A DNA stretch of 32,000 nucleotides from Candidatus Saccharimonadota bacterium. Lineage in GTDB: Bacteria > Patescibacteriota > Saccharimonadia > Saccharimonadales > UBA4665. The stretch's first letter is position 1; every line of letters starts with the position of its first letter. The DNA is taken from contig CP025011.1 of NCBI GenBank assembly GCA_002952755.1, forward strand, positions 1,140,001 through 1,172,000, written 5' to 3'. Below the pieces are notes generated by a model, which did no database searches, had not been told where the DNA came from, and saw only the letters and a list, made by a program, of their open reading frames with translations. The position numbers were made by a program, and so were the translations under genes. Positions 7,967 through 16,395 of the stretch are shown one piece after another.

Positions 7967-8425
7967 ATGAGCACGGGCGATCAATTTTTCAAAAAAGCAC
8001 TCCTGTCTAGCTTTGTCGTAATTGGATTTGTGCTCTATAGTCTCCATGCCCGGCACGAGCAGCATATTATTACTATTACCCCTCCAATTATAAGGAGACC
8101 AGCGCTATCGACACCAAGCGCCACACCGTCACCAGTTGGATATAAAGATGGAACCTATACGGGCAACCCGGCTGATGCTTTTTACGGCACCGTCCAGATA
8201 CAGGCCGTCATAAACGGCGGCAAGATAACTAGCGTGGCCTTTTTGAACTATCCGAATGACCGCAATACATCAGTTACTATTAACCGTCAGGCTATACCGT
8301 ATTTACAGCAAGAAGCCATTACGGCCCAAAGCGCCCAAGTGGACGGGGTGAGCGGAGCTACAGACACCAGCCAAGCCTTTCGAGAATCGCTCGCTTCGGC
8401 CCTCAGCAAAGCAGCGCAGCAATGA
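7967..8425 (+). CDS. membrane-anchored FMN-binding domain protein (flavinylation substrate type)
   Basis: 152 aa with an N-terminal hydrophobic anchor (ALLSSFVVIGFVLYSL). The FMN_bind-like C-terminus carries the flavinylation-type motif 'VDGVSGATDTS'. Confidence 0.8.
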   Translation: MSTGDQFFKKALLSSFVVIGFVLYSLHARHEQHIITITPPIIRRPALSTPSATPSPVGYKDGTYTGNPADAFYGTVQIQAVINGGKITSVAFLNYPNDRNTSVTINRQAIPYLQQEAITAQSAQVDGVSGATDTSQAFRESLASALSKAAQQ

Positions 8426-9162
8426 TCGAACAAACCGAGGTTATCATGGGCATGCCCGTGACTATCAAAATACCCAAAACGATCAATGCCGAGATGACTT
8501 GCGCCGAAGTGTTTGCGTATTTTCGGGCTGTCGACGACCGCTTCAGCACCTACAAGAAAGAGAGCGAGATATCGCGCGTCAATGCCGGGCTTGACGAGGC
8601 CAAATGGAGCGATGAGATGAAACTGGTACTCCAACTATGCGAGCAAACCAAACAAGCAACGAACGGCTACTTCGATATAATAAAGGATGGTCAGCGTGAC
8701 CCATCTGGCCTGGTCAAAGGGTGGGCCATCCAAAATGCCGCCAACCTCTTACTATTAAGAGGCGTTACCGACTTTTATGTGGAGGCGGGCGGCGATATTC
8801 AAACCCATGGACATAATAAACAAGGCGAACCCTGGCGGATCGGCATCCGTAATCCCTTCAAACGCGGCGAAATCATCAAAACTATTCATGTCTCAAATCA
8901 TGGTATCGCCACCTCGGGTACCTACATCCGTGGACAGCACGTGTATAACCCCAGGCGATCAAATCATCCCCCTGAGGACGTCGTTAGTCTCACCGTTATA
9001 GGGCCTACTATTTACGACGCCGACCGTTTTGCAACCGCCGCCTTTGCCATGGGCAGAAACGGCATCAACTTTATCGACAAGCTTCCAGACTTGGAAGGTT
9101 ATCTAGTCGACAATCGAGGCATAGCTACATTCACCCACGGGTTCCAGGAGTTTGTCGCATGA
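8422..9162 (+). CDS. apbE: FAD:protein FMN transferase (ApbE family)
   Basis: 246 aa with 'MGMPVTIKI', 'DPSGLVKGWA', 'VEAGGDI' and 'GIATSGTY'. Its start overlaps the previous stop (ATGA). I saw no signal peptide or lipobox. Confidence 0.85.
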   Translation: MIEQTEVIMGMPVTIKIPKTINAEMTCAEVFAYFRAVDDRFSTYKKESEISRVNAGLDEAKWSDEMKLVLQLCEQTKQATNGYFDIIKDGQRDPSGLVKGWAIQNAANLLLLRGVTDFYVEAGGDIQTHGHNKQGEPWRIGIRNPFKRGEIIKTIHVSNHGIATSGTYIRGQHVYNPRRSNHPPEDVVSLTVIGPTIYDADRFATAAFAMGRNGINFIDKLPDLEGYLVDNRGIATFTHGFQEFVA

Positions 9163-10673
9163 GATATATCGACGCACTCCTCAATAGGATCACCATGTAC
9201 CGCCTTATACTGTACTATCTGCTTTTCCTCGTAGGTGCAGCTGTTATCTTGTCGCTGTTTGGTCGTATTAGCTACAGCGCACCCGATATTATAGGTTCGT
9301 CGCTCTTTCTTGTTGCTATATGTTGGATCACCAACAAGATCTTCGCCCGAGTCTTTCATGCGCCTACCAACGTCGAATCGGTCTATATAACCGCCCTTAT
9401 CTTAGCACTCATCATTACACCGTCGCACACAGTGGAAGGCGGCACCTTCCTGGCGGCAGCCGGTGGGCTCGCGATGGCCTCCAAGTATATGCTGGCCATC
9501 AATAAGCGCCATGTGTGGAATCCTGCCGCAATAGCCGTGATGCTTACCAGTCTGGGAGCAGGCGAGAGTGCCAGCTGGTGGGTAGGGAGTCTAACGATGC
9601 TACCAGTTGTAGTACTGGGCGGCCTGCTAGTAGTCCGCAAAATTCGCCGGGGAAAAATGGTGGCCGTTTTCCTCACTATGGCATTGCTGGCCACCACCCT
9701 GTATAGCCTGCTCGGCAACGGCGCCGTTTCTTCGGTACTGCACAAAGAAATAACGAGTTCGGCGCTCTTCTTCCTAGCATTCGTCATGCTTACAGAGCCA
9801 CTCACCGCACCAACTACGCCTGGCAAGCAAATAGGGTACGCCATTTTGGTCGCGCTGCTTTTTCCGCCGCAGGTACATTTTGACAATTGGTATGGCACGC
9901 CCGAAATAGCACTGGTAGTAGGGAATATCTTTAGTTATCTTTTAGGGTCACGCGCAAAGATACTCCTCAGGCTCCGAAGTCGCACTATTTTGTCGCCAGA
10001 TATAGCCGACTTTACTTTTATCCCCGAAAAAAGTCTTACCTACCAACCCGGGCAGTACATGGAGTGTACCTTGCAGCACCCGCACACCGACTCCCGCGGT
10101 GCGCGGCGTTACTTTACACTCGCTTCATCACCGACCGAGCCAGAAATCCGGATCGGCATAAAAATGTATCAAAAGAGCAGCAGCTACAAACATGCCTTGC
10201 TCGGAATGGACAGCAATACACCATTTGTGGCTGCACAGGTTAGCGGCGATTTTACGCTTCCGAAAGACGCCCGTCAAAAAATAGCATTCATTGCCGGCGG
10301 CATCGGCATCACCCCGTATCGTAGTATGCTCAAATACCTTCTGGACAGGAACGAACCGCGGCCGATCATCATGCTCTACACGGCTACGAAGGCGGCCGAT
10401 CTCGTGTATACCGATGTTATTGAGGACGCTCGCCAGCGCCTCAAGGTCCCGACGTTCTATATAGTGAGCGAATCATCACCCCAGACTAGCAACTCTTCTG
10501 TACAAACTGGCCATATAACCTCGGAGCTTATACAACAAACGATCCCCGACTATGCCGAACGGCTCTTTTACCTCTGTGGCCCGCCTAGCATGATTCACAC
10601 AACGGAGGCCATACTGAGAAAGTTAGAAATTTCGCACCGGCACATCAAAAAAGACTTTTTCTCTGGCTACTGA
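9159..10673 (+). CDS. fusion of RnfD/NqrB-like polytopic membrane domain and FNR-like FAD/NAD(P)H oxidoreductase domain
   Basis: 504 aa. The N-terminal half is multi-TM with RnfD/NqrB-like 'VWNPAAIAVML' and 'FVMLTEPLTAPTTPGKQIGYA'. The C-terminal half has 'RRYFTLASSP' (RxY[ST]), 'AGGIGITP' and 'YLCGPPSM'. Confidence 0.75.
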   Translation: MRYIDALLNRITMYRLILYYLLFLVGAAVILSLFGRISYSAPDIIGSSLFLVAICWITNKIFARVFHAPTNVESVYITALILALIITPSHTVEGGTFLAAAGGLAMASKYMLAINKRHVWNPAAIAVMLTSLGAGESASWWVGSLTMLPVVVLGGLLVVRKIRRGKMVAVFLTMALLATTLYSLLGNGAVSSVLHKEITSSALFFLAFVMLTEPLTAPTTPGKQIGYAILVALLFPPQVHFDNWYGTPEIALVVGNIFSYLLGSRAKILLRLRSRTILSPDIADFTFIPEKSLTYQPGQYMECTLQHPHTDSRGARRYFTLASSPTEPEIRIGIKMYQKSSSYKHALLGMDSNTPFVAAQVSGDFTLPKDARQKIAFIAGGIGITPYRSMLKYLLDRNEPRPIIMLYTATKAADLVYTDVIEDARQRLKVPTFYIVSESSPQTSNSSVQTGHITSELIQQTIPDYAERLFYLCGPPSMIHTTEAILRKLEISHRHIKKDFFSGY

Positions 10674-10691
10674 TCTGCTTATATTGATCGT

Positions 10692-11192
10692 ATGAAGAAA
10701 TCCTTTACCCACGAAGATGCCGCCAAATTAGTCGATTGCGCTGTGGAACTAGCGAAAACCGTGGCCACTGACGAAAAAGGCCCGCAACCCATGGCTATCT
10801 GCTGTATGAAGGCCGACCAGGGCGTTATGGGCACGCCTACGGCTTTCCGTTGCATGGACACTGTGAAGGCTACAAGCGCCACGTTTGCTATCCACAAGGC
10901 CTACACCGTGCTGCTCTATCAGGCAGACACCAAAAAGCATGCCGACCGTATCAAGGATGGCAGCTGGAGCGAAGTCGATATGCTTTTAATGGCGCAAACT
11001 ATACCCCAATTTACTCCATGGGATGGTGGCATCCAAGTTAAGGATGATGCTGGCAAGGTTGTTTGCTCGCTCGGTGGCGCAGGACGCACGAGTGAGGGTG
11101 ATCGCCGGTTAATGGTGCTGGCCGCCCATAAAATGGGCTACGAAACTAATTTCGACGAGAGGGGCGAGCCACTCGCTCAATTAAAGCCATAA
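10692..11192 (+). CDS. GlcG/HbpS-like (DUF336) protein
   Basis: 166 aa. 'PMAICCMKADQGVMG..FRCMD', 'FAIHKAYT' and 'WDGGIQVKDDAGKVVCSLGGAGRTSEGD' fit the GlcG pattern as I remember it. TATATT lies 6 nt before the ATG. Confidence 0.6.
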   Translation: MKKSFTHEDAAKLVDCAVELAKTVATDEKGPQPMAICCMKADQGVMGTPTAFRCMDTVKATSATFAIHKAYTVLLYQADTKKHADRIKDGSWSEVDMLLMAQTIPQFTPWDGGIQVKDDAGKVVCSLGGAGRTSEGDRRLMVLAAHKMGYETNFDERGEPLAQLKP

Positions 11193-11400
11193 ACTTTCTC
11201 AAAAAAAGTGATGCGCCAAGTGCAACAGCCCTAGATAACCCTCTGAGACCTATTATGAGTTATGAAGACCTAATACTCCCAACAAGCAGCGTGCGATAGC
11301 GGCAGATGCATAAAAACGGGGAAATCTAATCATCCTAGCCTCGCTAAGCTTGATTCTTATATCACGTGCTTTTAAAATCGAAATATACTAAGATAGACCC

Positions 11401-12009
11401 ATGGTTACTGACACCGAAGCAATTGACGCAAAAAAACAATCACAAGACTACCCTAAATTGGTTCTCATTAGAGGTTTGCCAGGCAGCGGGAAATCCTACC
11501 TAGCAAATGCGATGAAGGACTCACTGGGTCCAGACAAGGTGGTGACGCTCGACCCGGATGCGACAGATTACAAAAGCCAGGAGTATGTTGATTTTTCCAA
11601 AGCGCTCGCCGCAGACGGCGTTGAGGAAAAATTCTATCCATATCGCTTCGTGCGCGCCCAAGCATACGAAGGAATTGTCAAACACAAGATCATTATCTGG
11701 AACCAGGCCTTTACTAACCTAGATGGATTTCAAAAAACAATCGCTAACCTACAGGCCTATGCCGCAGATCGTGGCACCCAGCTTCCGCTGCTCGTGGTAG
11801 AAGTTGCCGTCAACGAAAAAACCGCAAAGGCACGCGTTGCCGATCGGGCAAAGCAAGGCGGCCATAATGTTCCAGAAGAGGCTTTTGCGCGGTTCATCAA
11901 CGATTACGCAAGCTTTGCGGACCAAGGCTACAATATCGTTGGCGTGAACGGTGAGGATGACATCGCTAGCTCGGTAGCCGCTGTCACAAAAGCATTACAA
12001 AAACTATAA
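11401..12009 (+). CDS. P-loop NTPase/kinase (AAA_33 / zeta-toxin-like fold)
   Basis: 202 aa with Walker A 'IRGLPGSGKSYLA'. No other diagnostic motif was recognised. Confidence 0.65.
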   Translation: MVTDTEAIDAKKQSQDYPKLVLIRGLPGSGKSYLANAMKDSLGPDKVVTLDPDATDYKSQEYVDFSKALAADGVEEKFYPYRFVRAQAYEGIVKHKIIIWNQAFTNLDGFQKTIANLQAYAADRGTQLPLLVVEVAVNEKTAKARVADRAKQGGHNVPEEAFARFINDYASFADQGYNIVGVNGEDDIASSVAAVTKALQKL

Positions 12010-12029
12010 AAAATATTGGGAGATGGGGA

Positions 12030-12848
12030 TTAGTCCTTCAAGTTTTCGAGATCGCGAAGGGCGTGTAGATTAGCACGCACGATCGATTCTAGCTCAGGGT
12101 GGCAGGCAACAAAACTGCGTGATTCGTAAGTGTATACGTCGTCTTTGATCGGTATAATACTGCCACCGGCTTCGCGTACTAGTAAGGCGCCTGGGGCATA
12201 ATCGTGTGTATAGCCATTGCCATGGAGCTGAAAGCGAGCCGCAACCAACCCTTCGGCCACCAGGGTAAAACCGTAGCCACCGCCAGGGTCACCCGTTTCA
12301 TAGCGTATCCCTTTTGATGCAAACATGACATCCAGATCGTCCATAAAGCATGTCTTACAGAGAGCAATAGAGGGCAGGGGTATGGCCCCCAGGTCTAAGC
12401 GGGCACCATTTTTATAAGCACCACTTCCTTTTCGCGCTATGAACATATCGTTGTGAGATGGATTATAGATAACCGCGGCAGCTGCTTCACCGTCCTGGAT
12501 GAGCACTGCCATATTCGTAAAAGCGGGGATTCCTTCAATAAAGCTCTTCGTACCGTCAATAGGGTCAACCAGCCAAAAAGCTCCCGACAAATGCGCCGCA
12601 TACCCAGTCTCTTCACCAAATACCGGCACATCAGGAAAGCGTCGAGCCAGTTCGGCTTGTAGCCTGAGTTCAACTTCTATATCGGTATCAGTCACGGGTG
12701 AACCGTCCTCTTTGCTGGTATGACTAATATGGCCAGCTTGCTCCAGCAAATGCGAACGGAAGTGCCTGAATACGTCCTGAATAATTAGGACAGCGTCGTC
12801 AATCTGATCAGCCGAGAGTCGGCTGACAGGGCCGTGAGGTGGATTCAT
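12030..12848 (-). CDS. inositol monophosphatase family protein
   Basis: 272 aa with 'VFGEETG' and 'WLVDPIDGTKSF'. Confidence 0.85.
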   Translation of the reverse strand: MNPPHGPVSRLSADQIDDAVLIIQDVFRHFRSHLLEQAGHISHTSKEDGSPVTDTDIEVELRLQAELARRFPDVPVFGEETGYAAHLSGAFWLVDPIDGTKSFIEGIPAFTNMAVLIQDGEAAAAVIYNPSHNDMFIARKGSGAYKNGARLDLGAIPLPSIALCKTCFMDDLDVMFASKGIRYETGDPGGGYGFTLVAEGLVAARFQLHGNGYTHDYAPGALLVREAGGSIIPIKDDVYTYESRSFVACHPELESIVRANLHALRDLENLKD

Positions 12849-13162
12849 GGTCTAATTATATCAAATATCCGAATAGAGAGTCCCACCGATTTGTCCCAGC
12901 CCTCATGGCCAGCTGGTCACCCCACTATGCCGTTCTGTCATGGGTAGGCAATCACGCTATGGGTGCCAATGCCGTTTCAAACAATTCTGAGCAACTGGCT
13001 ACACCGCTTACTCGTGGCCTTATGGAAGCGGCGCATGTTAGGACAACCCCCACGTTTTGGGCGCAGCCTGCCGACATGCAAAAACTTCCAGCTTTCGTCT
13101 TTAGCTACATGGGCATACAGAGCCCGGCTGCCGACCTGTATCCCAGCTGGTATAAGCAATAG
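12839..13162 (+). pseudogene. probable 3' remnant of a class A penicillin-binding protein gene
   Basis: The frame encodes 'ALMASWSPHYAVLSWVGNH....QLATPLTRGLMEAAH'. This resembles the end of the PBP transpeptidase domain ('DAW..GYTP.y...vWvGn.d....aaPiw..fM'). Upstream homology is cut off by the divergent IMPase gene and its promoter. Confidence 0.4.
12855..12863 (-). promoter_or_regulatory. extended -10 (TGaTATAAT) for the IMPase-family gene
   Basis: The minus strand reads TGATATAAT, ending 6 nt before the ATG at 12848, with no SD sequence. Confidence 0.45.
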
Positions 13163-13318
13163 TCAACCGAACATTCATCTCAATAGAAAATAGCCCGCAC
13201 TACCTGCACTGTGGCAAAAGATAGTTCATTTTTCTCTAATCAAGTTACTGCATATACCGAAAATTGACGTGCTACTTGCTCGACAGTTACTATAGTCATA
13301 GATGTAAGCAAGAGCATA

Positions 13319-14464
13319 ATGAAGTCGCACAAAATCTACGCTTTTATCGGCCTCATCGTAAGTCTCCTACTCGGGCTAGTAAGCGCTCTCCTACTAAACG
13401 ACCAGACGCCAGGATTCCGCGTCACCTTGGGCATATCGTTAGTCGCGTTCTTGTACTCTGTGGCTGCGATACCATTTTTTCTCTTAAGCCTTAAGCACTT
13501 CAAAAAGGAGTTGCGCCGGGCATATCGAGTCCTGTGCTACGGCATCGGCTTCATGGGACTGGCACAAATCCAACTCCCCGTTACCACTTATTTTAATTGG
13601 ATCTTTTGGCAGGATTCCGGAGCGATTGCCATCCCTTATCTAGTGGGCATCCTCTGTATCTTCTGGGGCGTACGAATGTTTGCACGCATATTCAACATCA
13701 GAGGTTTTTGGACATCCTTTCTTTGGGCGGGGTTCCTCACCGTGATACTGTCCTTGATATCGCTCTTTCCGCCGCATGTACATCAGCCTGGAGTAGACGA
13801 GGCGACATATCATCTTTCTGTAGCCCTCACTATCCTCGATTCAGTCTATGCCACCTTTGCGGCAGTAATGATCTTCAAGATACGCCGTAAGATTGGACCA
13901 ATCTATCAACTGTCAATGACATGGCTGTGCGTGGCACAGACGACGTTTACATTTGGGGGTTGGCATTATCTCGTTAACCAACTCGCTGTGCCGCCAGGGA
14001 ATTGGTATTACGATTTTAGTATATCCTTGGTGCCGTTCGCGTTATCCGGCCTATTTTTTGTACTATCGGGGGTAGCCTTTGACAATGCTGGATCTATCCT
14101 TGTGCATGCGCCAGAAACCGAGCAACAAACTTCGCCTCGCCTGGTGCTAGACGTTGTGCTGTACTTAGCAGGCCTCGCCTCTAACCCCTCCGATATCGAC
14201 CCATTTCTCGATAACGTACGCGAAGTAACGTCAGGTTTACAACCTGGTCAGGTTTTATCTCCCCAGGATGTAAAACATCTTGCCAATACCTACAACAAAC
14301 TTGAAGGATACCTCACGCAGCATGACCCCCTGCGGGTTTTTACGGCTGCCGAGCTCCATAACAAGATTACTCAACAGTTCGCTGTCGACACTACAACCAA
14401 AGCATTATTATGGGAAGAGGGTCACGCCAGCCGTAGTGCTCATGGCAGGACGTCCAAGGGTTGA
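13319..14464 (+). CDS. hypothetical polytopic membrane protein (about 8 TM) with a ~110-aa soluble C-terminus
   Basis: 381-aa ORF with eight hydrophobic stretches visible in the translation. No family was recognised. Confidence 0.7.
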   Translation: MKSHKIYAFIGLIVSLLLGLVSALLLNDQTPGFRVTLGISLVAFLYSVAAIPFFLLSLKHFKKELRRAYRVLCYGIGFMGLAQIQLPVTTYFNWIFWQDSGAIAIPYLVGILCIFWGVRMFARIFNIRGFWTSFLWAGFLTVILSLISLFPPHVHQPGVDEATYHLSVALTILDSVYATFAAVMIFKIRRKIGPIYQLSMTWLCVAQTTFTFGGWHYLVNQLAVPPGNWYYDFSISLVPFALSGLFFVLSGVAFDNAGSILVHAPETEQQTSPRLVLDVVLYLAGLASNPSDIDPFLDNVREVTSGLQPGQVLSPQDVKHLANTYNKLEGYLTQHDPLRVFTAAELHNKITQQFAVDTTTKALLWEEGHASRSAHGRTSKG

Positions 14465-14711
14465 TGAAGAAACAATCTTCATAGAGCAACACAGAATACA
14501 GGCCAGGGGAGTCAGACACGACATCGCGACTTTGCCCACAGATGGGTATTCCCCTCAATCAGTCATGGGTATTTGGGCGACGCTCGACATCGATAAAGGC
14601 CCAGGAGCAGATCTGGGACCATTACTTGACACAAGCGGTATACGGTTAGTCGAGCAAAAACTACTTCGCGTTCTAACTGAGAGAGTCCAACTTAGTCTCC
14701 CTATGGATTGA
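14442..14711 (+). CDS. possible small hypothetical protein (89 aa from internal ATG)
   Basis: 'MAGRPRVDEETIF...' starts at ATG 14442 within ORF 14280-14711 and overlaps the previous gene's end by 23 nt. No motif was recognised. It could instead reflect a frameshifted extension of the upstream gene. Confidence 0.2.
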   Translation: MAGRPRVDEETIFIEQHRIQARGVRHDIATLPTDGYSPQSVMGIWATLDIDKGPGADLGPLLDTSGIRLVEQKLLRVLTERVQLSLPMD

Positions 14712-14784
14712 ACCTTGTAAATCAAAAGCTAGCACCAAGTATAACTAGTTCGACAGTGCATGCGTAACATCGTATAGTATACTC

Positions 14785-15438
14785 ATGAGTTCTTTATCGC
14801 GTAACACCCCTCCCGGAATATGCGATCACTATGATAATTTTGCAGATTTTAGCAAAGAATGGCTCGAAAGAGACGTCGTCCCTTGGTCCGTGGCGATGCA
14901 TTACCAGATTCATCCAAGTCAGCACTTCGGCGACAAGAGCTCCGTCGAAAAATTTTACAAGGATTTTGTAAGTAAAGGGAACCGGCGTATTGGCCACTTT
15001 CTGATGTTCTCACAGCGTGAGAACGATTCAGAGCAAAGACGACAAGTCGATGCCTTTAAAGTAGCGCGAGGAGTTGGCGAAACAGTATTCACGGCCACAC
15101 TAACTCACACTATACTTGGTAGTCTGCAACAACACGCTGGAACAAATAATCCATACCTCAATGACTGGCTCTACGATAGTGCGTTAGGACTTCCGGGGTC
15201 GTTTTTGAGCATACATCACAACTACGCCAATTACCCACACGACACTCCCGATACTGTTGTTTTCATGAGCTATAAGCGCCAGCCAACCTCTGATTCTACT
15301 GATTCAGAAGTTACACTTGATGGCTGCGATGTCTACACACCGCCTTTCCCCCCAGGTCTACACCAATATGTGAGCGCCTGGGAAAGGATATTAAGTCACA
15401 CTATCCAGCTTTCCGCCGCAGCAAATTCTACCACCTAA
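14785..15438 (+). CDS. hypothetical soluble protein
   Basis: 217-aa ORF. TATAGT at 14773-14778 lies 6 nt before the ATG. No family was recognised. Confidence 0.6.
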   Translation: MSSLSRNTPPGICDHYDNFADFSKEWLERDVVPWSVAMHYQIHPSQHFGDKSSVEKFYKDFVSKGNRRIGHFLMFSQRENDSEQRRQVDAFKVARGVGETVFTATLTHTILGSLQQHAGTNNPYLNDWLYDSALGLPGSFLSIHHNYANYPHDTPDTVVFMSYKRQPTSDSTDSEVTLDGCDVYTPPFPPGLHQYVSAWERILSHTIQLSAAANSTT

Positions 15439-15525
15439 GCTGCGAAAGCGTCACCTTTAACGCCCTTTACGAGTTAATTAGTGGCCTGTCAGTGTCAAGG
15501 GCTCAAGACAAGAAGCCCTAGATTA

Positions 15526-15807
15526 TTATACCGAGGCTACGCCGCCAACCCGCATCTTCGCAGCGGCGCGCTCAAGCACGGCGAGATTTTTCTCGATAGC
15601 CTCGAACGCCGCACACGTTTCTGGATTCCAACCTGGCACGTGGTGAATTTTACCGTCGCAGCTATTAGAATCTATCAACCGGGTGACGATCCCAACACCA
15701 GCGCGCCCTCCTAGGCTATAAACGATGACGCTGTCCAATCTCAAGTAATGATTAAATCCTAGAACTCCAGGCCATCCCTGACCAAATCTTACGATAGGAG
15801 CTGGCAC
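15526..15807 (-). pseudogene. possible degraded alpha/beta-hydrolase-like stub
   Basis: 93-aa ORF with a nucleophile-elbow-like 'VYSLGG'. This is followed too soon by a C-terminal-like 'IHHVPGWNPETCAAFEAIEKNL'. Upstream frames 15808-15890 are broken. Confidence 0.25.
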
Positions 15808-15947
15808 CAGCTGGGATAGTATCTACGAAAATCCACCACGTTTGCACAGCTATGGTAGTCTGGTTCAGCCATACGCCAGGCCAGAAGCGATCTAAAAAAT
15901 AGCGGGGTGGTTTTTACCTTTTAGACTTTGGGGTGCTAAGAGAGTAA

Positions 15948-16367
15948 TTATGTATCTGTCGTAGAGCCGGTATGTTCGTCGCTGTTAAGCCAAGCGATAG
16001 CTTCTGCCTCGTCCGAGAATCCTTTGAATGCACCACCGTCGCTCATCTTAAGCGCTGAAAGCGAGGAAAAGAAGATCCCACCCAGCTCATTGCGCTTCAG
16101 CACTACGGCTACTTTTTTAAAGACACGCAATTTCCATAGGATGCGTACACCTTTTAGCTGTACCGGAAAACTGACAGACGACTCAACTTCTTGAATGTTA
16201 TCCAGCAACCTGTCAACATGGCCCTCTTTAGCCAACGCTATGGCCGCCTCAGCCGGCTTTTCAAGGCCGTCCAGCTGCATATCACCCCATGTTTTGAGGT
16301 AAATATAGGTTCCTCTATTTTCCACCTTGAACTGATTTTTTGACACCACCCTCACCCTGTTTATCAT
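15948..16367 (-). CDS. STAS/SpoIIAA-like (DUF3478-type) small protein
   Basis: 139 aa. The overall pattern and the C-terminal 'KKVAVVL...FKGFSDEAEAIAWL' resemble SpoIIAA-like STAS/SEC14 proteins. This is a memory-based call. Confidence 0.5.
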   Translation of the reverse strand: MINRVRVVSKNQFKVENRGTYIYLKTWGDMQLDGLEKPAEAAIALAKEGHVDRLLDNIQEVESSVSFPVQLKGVRILWKLRVFKKVAVVLKRNELGGIFFSSLSALKMSDGGAFKGFSDEAEAIAWLNSDEHTGSTTDT

Positions 16368-16395
16368 CTTCAGTGTAGCAACTCGTTATGGTTTT

